DNA from: Nemertoderma westbladi
Taxonomy: Eukaryota; Animalia; Xenacoelomorpha
Assembly: GCA_032718475.1 (NCBI GenBank)
Contig: JAUCBJ010007667.1
Span: 63,825-127,824, forward strand
DNA: 64,000 bases
Direction of reading: 5' to 3'
Below are positions 47,045 through 62,000 of the stretch, piece after piece (the stretch's first letter is position 1; every line of letters begins with the position of its first letter). Below the pieces are notes generated by a model, which saw only the letters and a program-made list of their open reading frames with translations, was not told the DNA's origin and did not search any database. The position numbers and the translations under genes were made by a program.

Positions 47045-50000
47045 TTCATATTGAGGAACCGACTGTTTCACACTGAGGAACCGACTGTTTCACATTGAGG
47101 AACCGACTGCTTCACATTGAGGAACTGACTGTTTCTCATTGGGGAACCGACTGTTTCACATTGAGGAACCGACTGTTTCACGTTGAGGAACCGACTGTTT
47201 CACATTGAGGAACCGACTGTTTCACGTTGAGGAACCGACTGTTTCACATTGAGGAACAGACTGTTTCACATTGAGGAACCGACTGTTTCACATTGAGGAA
47301 CCGACTGTTTCACATTGAGGAACCGACTGTTTCTCATTGAGGAACCGACTGTTTCACATTGAGGAACCGACTGTTTCACATTGAGGAACCGACTGTTTCA
47401 CATTGAGGAACCGACTGTTTCACATTGAGGAACCGACTGTTTCACATGAGGAACCGACTGTTTCACATTGAGGAACCGACTGTTTCACATTGAGGAACCA
47501 ACTGTTTCACATTGAGGAACCGACTGTTTCACATTGAGGAACCGACTGTTTCACATTGAGGAACCGACTGTTTCACATTGAGGAACTGACTGTTTCACAT
47601 TGAGGAACCGACTGCTTCACATTGAGGAACCGACTGTTTCTCATTGGGGAACCGACTGTTTCACATTGAGGAACCGACTGTTTCACATTGAGGAACCGAC
47701 TGTTTCACATTGAGGAACCGACTGTTTCACGTTGAGGAACCGACTGTTTCACATTGAGGAACCGACTGTTTCACATTGAGGAACCGACTGTTTCACATTG
47801 AGGAACCAACTGTTTCACATTGAGGAACCGACTGTTTCACATTGAGGAACCGAATGTTTCACATTGAGGAACCGACTGTTTCACATTGAGGAACTGACTG
47901 TTTCACATTGAGGAACCGACTGCTTCACATTGAGGAACCGACTGTTTCTCATTGGGGAACCGACTGTTTCACATTGAGGAACCGACTGTTTCACATTGAG
48001 GAACCGACTGTTTCACATTGAGGAACCGACTGTTTCACGTTGAGGAACCGACTGTTTCACATTGAGGAACCGACTGTTTCACATTGAGGAACCGACTGTT
48101 TCACATTGAGGAACCGACTGTTTCACATTGAGGAACCGACTATTTCACATTGAGGAACCGACTGTTTCACATTGAGGAACCGACTGTTTCACATTGAGGT
48201 ACCGACTGTTTCACATTGAGGAACCGACTGTTTCACATGAGGAACCGACTGTTTCACATTGAGGAACCGACTGTTTCACATTGAGGAACCAACTGTTTCA
48301 CATTGAGGAACCGACTGTTTCACATTGAGGAACCGACTGTTTCACATTGAGGAACCGACTGTTTCACACTGAGGAACCGACTGTTTCACGTTGAGGAACC
48401 GACTGTTTCACAATGAGGAACCGACTGTTTCACATTGAGGAACCGACTGCTTCACATTGAGCAACCGACTGTTTCACGTTGAGGAACCGACTGTTTCACA
48501 TTGAGGATCCGACTGTTTCACACTGACGAACCGACTGTTTCACATTCAGGAACCGACTGTTTCACATTGAGGAACCGACTGTTTCACATTGAGGAACCGA
48601 CTGCTTCACATTGAGCAACCGACTGTTTCACGTTGAGGAACCGACTGTTTCACATTGAGGATCCGACTGTTTCACACTGACGAACCGACTGTTTCACATT
48701 CAGGAACCGACTGTTTCACATTGAGGAACCGACTGTTTCACACTGAGGAACCGACTGTTTCACATTGAGGAACCGACTGTTTCACACTGAAGAACCGACT
48801 GTTTCACATTCAGGAACCGACTGTTTCACATTGAGGAACCGACTGTTTCACACTGAGGAACCGACTGTTTCACACTGAGGAACCGTCTGTTTCACATTCA
48901 GGAACCGACTGTTTCACATTGAGGAACCGACTGTTTCACACTGAGGAACCGACTGTTTCACACTGAGGAACCGACTGTTTCACACTGAGGAACCAACTGT
49001 TTCACATTGAGGAACCGACTGTTTCACATTGAGGAACCGACTGTTTCACACTGATGAACCGACTGTTTCACATTGAGGAACCGACTGTTTCACATTGAGG
49101 ATCCGACTGTTTCACACTGAGGAACCGACTGTTTCACATTCAGGACCCGACTGTTTCACATTGAGGAACCGACTGTTTCACACTGAGGAACCGACTGTTT
49201 CACACTGAGGAACCGACTGTTTCACACTGAGGAACCGACTGTTTCACACTGATGAGCCGACTGTTTCACACTGAGGAACCGACTGTATCACATTGAGGAA
49301 CCGACTGTTTCACACTGAGGAACCGACTGTTTCACATTGAGGAACCGACTGTTTCACATTGAGGAACCGACTGTTTCTCATTGAGGAACCGACTGCTTCA
49401 CATTGAGGAACCGACTGTTTCTCATTGGGGAACCGACTGTTTCACATTGAGGAACCGACTGTTTCACATTGAGGAACCGACTGTTTCACATTGAGAAACC
49501 GACTGTTTCACGTTGAGGAACCGACTGTTTCACATTGAGGAACCGACTGTTTCACATTGAGGAACCGACTGTTTCACATTGAGGAACCGACTGTTTCACA
49601 TTGAGGAACCGACTGTTTCACATTGAGGAACCGACTGTTTCACATTGAGGAACCGACTGTTTCACATTGAGGAACCGACTGTTTCACATTGAGGAACCGA
49701 CTGTTTCACATGAGGAACCGACTGTTTCACATTGAGGAACCGACTGTTTCACATGAGGAACCGACTGTTTCACATTGAGGAACCGACTGTTTCACATTGA
49801 GGAACCAACTGTTTCACATTGAGGAACCGACTGTTTCACATTGAGGAATCGACTGTTTCACATTGAGGAACCGACTGTTTCACATTGAGCAACCGACTGT
49901 TTCACATTGAGGAACCGACTGTTTCACATTGAGGAACCGACTGTTTCACACTGAGGAACCGACTGTTTCACGTTGAGGAACCGAATGTTTCACAATGAGG

Positions 50001-53000
50001 AACCGACTGTTTCACATTGAGGAACCGACTGCTTCACATTGAGCAACCGACTGTTTCACGTTGAGGAACCGACTGTTTCACATTGAGGATCCGACTGTTT
50101 CACACTGAGGAACCGACTGTTTCACATTCAGGAACCGACTGTTTCACATTGAGGAACCGACTGTTTCACATTGAGGAACCGACTGTTTCACACTGAAGAA
50201 CCGACTGTTTCACATTCAGGAACCGACTGTTTCACATTGAGGAACCGACTATTTCACACTGAGGAACCGACTGTTTCACACTGAGGAACCGTCTGTTTCA
50301 CATTCAGGAACCGACTGTTTCACATTGAGGAACCGACTGTTTCACACTGAGGAACCGACTGTTTCACACTGAGGAACCGACTGTTTCACACTGAGGAACC
50401 AACTGTTTCACATTGAGGAACCGACTGTTTCACACTGAGGAACCGACTGTTTCACATTGAGGAACCGACTGTTTCACATTGAGGAACCGAATGTTTCACA
50501 TTGAGGAACCGACTGTTTCACACTGAGGAAACGACTGTTTCACACTGAGGAACCGACTGTTTCACACTGAGGAACCAACTGTTTCACATTGAGGAACCGA
50601 CTGTTTCACACTGAGGAACCGACTGTTTCACATTGAGGAACCGACTGTTTCACACTGAGGAACCAACTGTTTCACATTGAGGAACCGACTGTTTCACACT
50701 GAGGAACCGACTGTTTCACATTGAGGAACCGACTGTTTCACACTGAGGAACCGACTGTTTCACACTGAGGAACCGACTGTTTCACACTGAGGAACCGACT
50801 GTTTCACACTGAGGAACCGACTGTTTCACACTGAGGAACCAACTGTTTCACATTGAGGAACCGACTGTTTCACACTGAGGAACCGACTGTTTCACATTGA
50901 GGAACCGACTGTTTCACACTGAGGAACCGACTGTTTCACACTGAGGAACCGACTGTTTCACACTGAGGAACCGACTGTTTCACACTGAGGAACAGACTGT
51001 TTCACACTGAGGAACAGACTGTTTCACACTGAGGAACCGACTGTTTCACACTGAGGAACCGACTGTTTCACATTCAGGAACCGACTGTTTCACATTGAGG
51101 AACCGACTGTTTCACACTGAGGAACCGACTGTTTCACACTGAGGAACCGACTGTTTCACACTGAGGAACCAACTGTTTCACATTGAGGAACCGACTGTTT
51201 CACACTGAGGAACCGACTGTTTCACATTGAGGAACCGACTGTTTCACACTGAGGAACCGACTGTTTCACACTGAGGAACCGACTGTTTCACACTGAGGAA
51301 CCGACTGTTTCACACTGAGGAACAGACTGTTTCACACTGAGGAACCGACTGTTTCACACTGAGGAACCGACTGTTTCACACTGAGGAACCGACTGTTTCA
51401 CACTGAGGAACCGACTGTTTCACACTGAGGAACCGACTGTTTCACACTGAGGAACCGACTGTTTCACATTGAGGAACCGACTGTTTCACACTGAGGAACC
51501 GACTGTTTCACATTGAGGAACCGACTGTTTCACATTGAAGAACCGACTGTTTCACATTGAAGAACCGACTGTTTCACATTGAGGAACCGACTGTTTCACA
51601 TTGAGGAAACGACTGTTTCACATTGAGGAACCGACTGTTTCACATTGAGGAACCGACTGTTTCACAATGAGGAACCGACTGTTTCACACTGAGGAACCGA
51701 CTGTTTCACATTGAGGAACCGACTGTTTCACATTGAGGAACCGACTGTTTCACATTGAGGAACCGACTGTTTCACACTGAGGAACCGACTGTTTCACATT
51801 GAGGAACCGACTGTTTCACATTGAGGAACCGACTGTTTCACATTGAGGAACCGACTGTTTCACACTGAGGAACCGACTGTTTCACATTGAGGAACCGACT
51901 GTTTCACATTGAAGAACCGACTGTTTCACATTGAGGAACCGACTGTTTCACACTGAGGAACTGACTGTTTCACACTGAGGAACCGACTGTTTCACATTGA
52001 GGAACCGACTGTTTCACATTGAGGAACCGACTGTTTCACATTGAGGAACCGACTGTTTCACATTGAGGAACCGACTGTTTCACATTGAGGAACCGACTGT
52101 TTCACATTGAAAACCGACTGTTTCACATTGAGGAACCGACTGTTTCACATTGAGGAACCGACTGTTTCACATTGAGGAACCGACTGTTTCACACTGAGGA
52201 ACCGACTGTTTCACATTGAGGAACCGACTGTTTCACATTGAAGAACCGACTGTTTCACATTGAGGAACCGACTGTTTCACACTGAGGAACAGACTGTTTC
52301 ACACTGAGGAACAGACTGTTTCACACTGAGGAACAGACTGTTTCACACTGAGGAACCGACTGTTTCACACTGAGGAACCGACTGTTTCACACTGAGGAAC
52401 CGACTGTTTCACATTGAGGAACCGACTGTTTCACATTGAAGAACCGACTGTTTCACATTGAGGAACCGACTGTTTCACACTGAGGAACAGACTGTTTCAC
52501 ACTGAGGAACAGACTGTTTCACACTGAGGAACAGACTGTTTCACACTGAGGAACCGACTGTTTCACACTGAGGAACCGACTGTTTCACACTGAGGAACCG
52601 ACTGTTTCACATTGAGGAACCGACTGTTTCACATTGAAGAACCGACTGTTTCACATTGAGGAACCGACTGTTTCACATTGAAGAACCGACTGTTTCACAT
52701 TGAGGAACCGACTGTTTCACATTGAGGAACCGACTGCTTCACATTGAGGAACCGACTGTTTCTCATTGGGGAACCGACTGTTTCACATTGAGGAACCGAC
52801 TGTTTCACATTGAGGAACCGACTGTTTCACATTGAGAAACCGACTGTTTCACGTTGAGGAACCGACTGTTTCACATTGAGGAACCGACTGTTTCACATTG
52901 AGGAACCGACTGTTTCACATTGAGGAACCGACTGTTTCACATTGAGGAACCGACTGTTTCACATTGAGGAACCGACTGTTTCACATTGAGGAACCGACTG

Positions 53001-56000
53001 TTTCACATTGAGGAACCGACTGTTTCACATTGAGGAACCGACTGTTTCACATTGAGGAACCGACTGTTTCACATTGAGGAACCGACTGTTTCACATGAGG
53101 AACCGACTGTTTCACATTGAGGAACCGACTGTTTCACATTGAGGAACCAACTGTTTCACATTGAGGAACCGACTGTTTCACATTGAGGAATCGACTGTTT
53201 CACATTGAGGAACCGACTGTTTCACATTGAGCAACCGACTGTTTCACATTGAGGAACCGACTGTTTCACATTGAGGAACCGTCTGTTTCACACTGAGGAA
53301 CCGACTGTTTCACGTTGAGGAACCGAATGTTTCACAATGAGGAACCGACTGTTTCACATTGAGGAACCGACTGCTTCACATTGAGCAACCGACTGTTTCA
53401 CGTTGAGGAACCGACTGTTTCACATTGAGGATCCGACTGTTTCACACTGAGGAACCGACTGTTTCACATTCAGGAACCGACTGTTTCACATTGAGGAACC
53501 GACTGTTTCACATTGAGGAACCGACTGTTTCACACTGAAGAACCGACTGTTTCACATTCAGGAACCGACTGTTTCACATTGAGGAACCGACTATTTCACA
53601 CTGAGGAACCGACTGTTTCACACTGAGGAACCGTCTGTTTCACATTCAGGAACCGACTGTTTCACATTGAGGAACCGACTGTTTCACACTGAGGAACCGA
53701 CTGTTTCACACTGAGGAACCGACTGTTTCACACTGAGGAACCAACTGTTTCACATTGAGGAACCGACTGTTTCACACTGAGGAACCGACTGTTTCACATT
53801 GAGGAACCGACTGTTTCACATTGAGGATCCGACTGTTTCACACTGAGGAACCGACTGTTTCACATTCAGGAACCGACTGTTTCACATTGAGGAACCGACT
53901 GTTTCACACTGAGGAACCGACTGTTTCACACTGAGGAACCGACTGTTTCACACTGAGGAACCAACTGTTTCACATTGAGGAACCGACTGTTTCACACTGA
54001 GGAACCGACTGTTTCACATTGAGGAACCGACTGTTTCACACTGAGGAACCGACTGTTTCACACTGAGGAACCGACTGTTTCACACTGAGGAACCGACTGT
54101 TTCACACTGAGGAACAGACTGTTTCACACTGAGGAACCGACTGTTTCACACTGAGGAACCGACTGTTTCACACTGAGGAACCGACTGTTTCACACTGAGG
54201 AACCGACTGTTTCACACTGAGGAACCGACTGTTTCACACTGAGGAACCGACTGTTTCACATTGAGGAACCGACAGTTTCACACTGAGGAACCGACTGTTT
54301 CACATTGAGGAACCGACTGTTTCACATTGAAGAACCGACTGTATCACATTGAAGAACCGACTGTTTCACATTGAGGAACCGACTGTTTCACATTGAGGAA
54401 ACGACTGTTTCACATTGAGGAACCGACTGTTTCACATTGAGGAACCGACTGTTTCACAATGAGGAACCGACTGTTTCACACTGAGGAACCGACTGTTTCA
54501 CATTGAGGAACCGACTGTTTCACATTGAGGAACCGACTGTTTCACATTGAGGAACCGACTGTTTCACACTGAGGAACCGACTGTTTCACATTGAGGAACC
54601 GACTGTTTCACATTGAGGAACCGACTGTTTCACATTGAGGAACCGACTGTTTCACACTGAGGAACCGACTGTTTCAGATTGAGGAACCGACTGTTTCACA
54701 TTGAAGAACCGACTGTTTCACATTGAGGAACCGACTGTTTCACACTGAGGAACTGACTGTTTCACACTGAGGAACCGACTGTTTCACATTGAGGAACCGA
54801 ATGTTTCACATTGAAGAACCGACTGTTTCACATTGAGGAACCGACTGTTTCACATTGAAGAACCGACTGTTTCACATTGAGGAACCGACTGTTTCACATT
54901 GAAAAACCGACTGTTTCACATTGAGGAACCGACAGTTTCACATTGAGGAACCGACTGTTTCACATTGAGGAACCGACTGTTTCACACTGAGGAACCGACT
55001 GTTTCACATTGAGGAACCGACTGTTTCACATTGAAGAACCGACTGTTTCACATTGAGGAACCGACTGTTTCACACTGAGGAACAGACTGTTTCACACTGA
55101 GGAACAGACTGTTTCACACTGAGGAACAGACTGTTTCACACTGAGGAACCGACTGTTTCACACTGAGGAACCGACTGTTTCACACTGAGGAACCGACTGT
55201 TTCACATTGAGGAACCGACTGTTTCACATTGAAGAACCGACTGTTTCACATTGAGGAACCGACTGTTTCACATTGAAGAACCGACTGTTTCACATTGAGG
55301 AACCGACTGTTTCACATTGAAAAACCGACTGTTTCACATTGAGGAACCGACAGTTTCACATTGAGGAACCGACTGTTTCACACTGAGGAACCGACTGTTT
55401 CACACTGAGGAACCGACTGTTTCACATTGAGGAACCGACTGTTTCACATTGAAGAACCGACTGTTTCACATTGGGGAACCGACTGTTTCACATTGAAGAT
55501 TCGACTGTTTCACATTGAGGAACCGACTGTTTCACATTGAAGAACCGACTGTTTCACATTGAGGAACCGACTGTTTCACACTGAGGAACAGACTGTTTCA
55601 CACTGAGGAACCGACTGTTTCACACTGAGGAACCGACTGTTTCACACTGAGGAACCGACTGTTTCACATTGAGGAACCGACTGTTTCACATTGAAGAACC
55701 GACTGTTTCACATTGAGGAACCGACTGTTTCACATTGAAGAACCGACTGTTTCACATTGAGGAACCGACTGTTTCACATTGAAAAACCGACTGTTTCACA
55801 TTGAGGAACCGACAGTTTCACATTGAGGAACCGACTGTTTCACACTGAGGAACCGACTGTTTCACACTGAGGAACCGACTGTTTCACATTGAGGAACCGA
55901 CTGTTTCACATTGAAGAACCGACTGTTTCACATTGGGGAACCGACTGTTTCACATTGAAGATTCGACTGTTTCACATTGAGGAACCGACTGTTTCACATT

Positions 56001-59000
56001 GAAGAACCGACTGTTTCACATTGAGGAACCGACTGTTTCACATTGAAGAACCGACTGTTTCACATTGAGGAACCGACTGTTTCACATTGAGGAACCGACT
56101 GTTTCACATTGAGGAACCGACTGTTTCACACTGAGGAACCGACTGTTTCAGATTGAGGAACCGACTGTTTCACATTGAAGAACCGACTGTTTCACATTGA
56201 GGAACCGACTGTTTCACACTGAGGAACTGACTGTTTCACACTGAGGAACCGACTGTTTCACATTGAGGAACCGAATGTTTCACATTGAAGAGCCGACTGT
56301 TTCACATTGAGGAACCGACTGTTTCACATTGAAGAACCGACTGTTTCACATTGAGGAACCGACTGTTTCACATTGAAAAACCGACTGTTTCACATTGAGG
56401 AACCGACAGTTTCACATTGAGGAACCGACTGTTTCACATTGAGGAACCGACTGTTTCACACTGAGGAACCGACTGTTTCACATTGAGGAACCGACTGTTT
56501 CACATTGAAGAACCGACTGTTTCACATTGAGGAACCGACTGTTTCACATTGAAGATTCGACTGTTTCACATTGAGGAACCGACTGTTTCACATTTAAGAA
56601 CCGACTGTTTCACATTGAGGAACCGACTGTTTCACATTGAAGAACCGACTGTTTCACATTGAGGAACCGACTGTTTCACATTGAGGAACCGACTGTTTCA
56701 CACTGAGGAACGGACTGTTTCACACTGACGAACCTACTGTTTCACATTCAGGAACCGACTGTTTCACATTGAGGAACCGACTGTTTCACACTGTGGAACC
56801 GACTGTTTCACACTGAGAAACCGACTGTTTCACACTGAGGAACCAACTGTTTCAAATTGAGGAACCGACTGTTTCACACTGAGGAACCGACTGTTTCACA
56901 TTGAGGAACCGACTGTTTCACACTGAGGAACCGACTGTTTCACACTGAGGAACCGACTGTTTCACACTGAGAAACCGACTGTTTCACACTGAGGAACAGA
57001 CTGTTTCACACTGAGGAACCGACTGTTTCACACTGAGGAACCGACTGTTTCACACTGAGGAACCGACTGTTTCACACTGAGGAACCGACTGTTTCACACT
57101 GATGAGCCGACTGTTTCACACTGAGGAACCGACTGTTTCACATGGAGGAACCGACTGTTTCACACTGAGGAACGGACTGTTTCACATTGAGGAACCGAAT
57201 GTTTCACATTGAAGAACCGACTGTTTCACATTGAAGAACCGACTGTTTCACATTGGACTGTTTCACATTGAGGAACCGACTGTTTCACATTGAGGAACCG
57301 ACTGTTTCACATTGAGGAACCGACTGTTTCACAATGAGGAACCGACTGTTTCACACTGAGGAACCGACTGTTTCACATTGAGGAACCGACTGTTTCACAT
57401 TGAAGAACCGACTGTTTCACATTGAGGAACCGACTGTTTCACACTGAGGAACCGACTGTTTCACATTGAGGAACCGACTGTTTCACATTGAGGAACCGAC
57501 TGTTTCACATTGAGGAACCGACTGTTTCACACTGAGGAACCGACTGTTTCAGATTGAGGAACCGACTGTTTCACATTGAAGAACCGACTGTTTCACATTG
57601 AGGAACCGACTGTTTCACACTGAGGAACCGACTGTTTCACACTGAGGAAGCGACTGTTTCACATTGAGGAACCGACTGTTTCACATTGAAGAACCGACTG
57701 TTTCACATTGAGGAACCGACTGTTTCACATTGAGGAACCGACTGTTTCACATTGAAAAACCGACTGTTTCACATTGAGGAACCGACAGTTTCACATTGAG
57801 GAACCGACTGTTTCACACTGAGGAACCGACTGTTTAACACTGAGGAACCGACTGTTTCACACTGAGGAACCGACTGTTTCACATTGAGGAACCGACTGTT
57901 TCACACTGAGGAACCGACTGTTTCAGATTAAGGAACCGACTGTTTCACATTGAGGAACCGACTGTTTCACATTGAAGAACCGACTGTACAGAGGAACTGA
58001 CTGTTTCACACTGAGGAACCGACTGTTTCACATTGAGGAACCGAATGTTTCACATTGAAGAGCCGACTGTTTCACATTGAGGAACCGACAGTTTCACATT
58101 GAAGAACCGACTGTTTCACATTGAGGAACCGACTGTTTCACATTGAAAAACCGACTGTTTCACATTGAGGAACCGACAGTTTCACATTGAGGAAACGACT
58201 GTTTCACACTGAGAAACCGACTGTTTCACACTGAGGAACCAACTGTTTCAAATTGAGGAACCGACTGTTTCACACTGAGGAACCGACTGTTTCACATTGA
58301 GGAACCGACTGTTTCACACTGAGGAACCGACTGTTTCACACTGAGGAACCGACTGTTTCACACTGAGAAGCCGACTGTTTCACACTGAGGAACAGACTGT
58401 TTCACACTGAGGAACCGACTGTTTCACACTGAGGAACCGACTGTTTCACACTGAGGAACCGACTGTTTCACACTGAGGAACCGACTGTTTCACACTGATG
58501 AGTCGACTGTTTCACACTGAGGAACCGACTGTTTCACATTGAGGAACCGACTGTTTCACACTGAGGAACGGACTGTTTCACATTGAGGAACCGAATGTTT
58601 CACATTGAAGAACCGACTGTTTCACATTGAAGAACCTACTGTTTCACATTGAGGAACCGACTGTTTCACATTGAGGAAACGACTGTTTCACATTGAGGAA
58701 CCGACTGTTTCACATTGAGGAACCGACTGTTTCACAATGAGGAACCGACTGTTTCACACTGAGGAACCGACTGTTTCACATTGAGGAACCGACTGTTTCA
58801 CATTGAGGAACCGACTGTTTCACATTGAGGAACCGACTGTTTCACACTGAGGAACCGACTGTTTCACATTGAGGAACCGACTGTTTCACATTGAGGAACC
58901 GACTGTTTCACATTGAGGAACCGACTGTTTCACACTGAGGAACCGACTGTTTCAGATTGAGGAACCGACTGTTTCACATTGAAGAACCGACTGTTTCACA

Positions 59001-62000
59001 TTGAGGAACCGACTGTTTCACACTGAGGAACCGACTGTTTCACACTGAGGAAGCGACTGTTTCACATTGAGGAACCGACTGTTTCACATTGAAGAACCGA
59101 CTGTTTCACATTGAGGAACCGACTGTTTCACATTGAGGAACCGACTGTTTCACATTGAAAAACCGACTGTTTCACATTGAGGAACCGACAGTTTCACATT
59201 GAGGAACCGACTGTTTCACACTGAGGAACCGACTGTTTAACACTGAGGAACCGACTGTTTCACACTGAGGAACCGACTGTTTCACATTGAGGAACCGACT
59301 GTTTCACACTGAGGAACCGACTGTTTCAGATTGAGGAACCGACTGTTTCACATTGAGGAACCGACTGTTTCACATTGAAGAACCGACTGTACAGAGGAAC
59401 TGACTGTTTCACACTGAGGAACCGACTGTTTCACATTGAGGAACCGAATGTTTCACATTGAAGAGCCGACTGTTTCACATTGAGGAACCGACTGTTTCAC
59501 ATTCAAGAACCGACTGTTTCACATTGAGGAACCGACTGTTTCACATTGAAAAACCGACTGTTTCACATTGAGGAACCGACAGTTTCACATTGAGGAACCG
59601 ACTGTTTCACATTGAGGAACCGACTGTTTCACACTGAGGAACCGACTGTTTCACATTGAGGAACCGACTGTTTCACATTGAAGAACCGACTGTTTCACAT
59701 TGAGGAACCGACTGTTTCACATTGAAGATTCGACTGTTTCACATTGAGGAACCGACTGTTTCACATTTAAGAACCGACTGTTTCACATTGAGGAACCGAC
59801 TGTTTCACATTGAAGAACCGACTGTTTCACATTGAGGAACCGACTGTTTCACATTGAGGAACCGAATGTTTCACACTGAGGAACGGACTGTTTCACACTG
59901 ACGAACCTACTGTTTCACATTCAGGAACCGACTGTTTCACATTGAGGAACCGACTGTTTCACACTGTGGAACCGACTGTTTCACACTGAGAAACCGACTG
60001 TTTCACACTGAGGAACCAACTGTTTCAAATTGAGGAACCGACTGTTTCACACTGAGGAACCGACTGTTTCACATTGAGGAACCGACTGTTTCACACTGAA
60101 GAACCGACTGTTTCACACTGAGGAACCGACTGTTTCACACTGAGAAGCCGACTGTTTCACACTGAGGAACAGACTGTTTCACACTGAGGAACCGACTGTT
60201 TCACACTGAGGAACCGACTGTTTCACACTGAGGAACCGACTGTTTCACATTGAGGAACCGACTGTTTCACACTGAGGAACCGACTGTTTCAGATTAAGGA
60301 ACCGACTGTTTCACATTGAGGAACCGACTGTTTCACATTGAAGAACCGACTGTACAGAGGAACTGACTGTTTCACACTGAGGAACCGACTGTTTCACATT
60401 GAGGAACCGAATGTTTCACATTGAAGAGCCGACTGTTTCACATTGAGGAACCGACAGTTTCACATTGAAGAACCGACTGTTTCACATTGAGGAACCGACT
60501 GTTTCACATTGAAAAACCGACTGTTTCACATTGAGGAACCGACAGTTTCACATTGAGGAAACGACTGTTTCACACTGAGAAACCGACTGTTTCACACTGA
60601 GGAACCAACTGTTTCAAATTGAGGAACCGACTGTTTCACACTGAGGAACCGACTGTTTCACATTGAGGAACCGACTGTTTCACACTGAGGAACCGACTGT
60701 TTCACACTGAGGAACCGACTGTTTCACACTGAGAAGCCGACTGTTTCACACTGAGGAACAGACTGTTTCACACTGAGGAACCGACTGTTTCACACTGAGG
60801 AACCGACTGTTTCACACTGAGGAACCGACTGTTTCACACTGAGGAACCGACTGTTTCACACTGATGAGCCGACTGTTTCACACTGAGGAACCGACTGTTT
60901 CACATTGAGGAACCGACTGTTTCACACTGAGGAACGGACTGTTTCACATTGAGGAACCGAATGTTTCACATTGAAGAACCGACTGTTTCACATTGAAGAA
61001 CCTACTGTTTCACATTGAGGAACCGACTGTTTCACATTGAGGAAACGACTGTTTCACATTGAGGAACCGACTGTTTCACATTGAGGAACTGACTGTTTCA
61101 CAATGAGGAACCGACTGTTTCACACTGAGGAACCGACTGTTTCACATTGAGGAACCGACTGTTTCACATTGAGGAACCGACTGTTTCACATTGAGGAACC
61201 GACTGTTTCACACTGAGGAACCGACTGTTTCACATTGAGGAACCGACTGTTTCACATTGAGGAACCGACTGTTTCACATTGAGGAACCGACTGTTTCACA
61301 CTGAGGAACCGACTGTTTCAGATTGAGGAACCGACTGTTTCACATTGAAGAACCGACTGTTTCACATTGAGGAACCGACTGTTTCACACTGAGGAACCGA
61401 CTGTTTCACACTGAGGAAGCGACTGTTTCACATTGAGGAACCGACTGTTTCACATTGAAGAACCGACTGTTTCACATTGAGGAACCGACTGTTTCACATT
61501 GAGGAACCGACTGTTTCACATTGAAAAACCGACTGTTTCACATTGAGGAACCGACAGTTTCACATTGAGGAACCGACTGTTTCACACTGAGGAACCGACT
61601 GTTTAACACTGAGGAACCGACTGTTTCACACTGAGGAACCGACTGTTTCACATTGAGGAACCGACTGTTTCACACTGAGGAACCGACTGTTTCACACTGA
61701 GGAACCGACTGTTTCACATTGAGGAACCGACTGTTTCACATTGAGGAACCGACTGTTTCACATTGAAGAACCGACTGTACAGAGGAACTGACTGTTTCAC
61801 ACTGAGGAACCGACTGTTTCACATTGAGGAACCGAATGTTTCACATTGAGGAACCGACTGTTTCACACTGAGGAACCGACTGTTTCAGATTGAGGAACCG
61901 ACTGTTTCACATTGAGGAACCGACTGTTTCACATTGAAGAACCGACTGTACAGAGGAACTGACTGTTTCACACTGAGGAACCGACTGTTTCACATTGAGG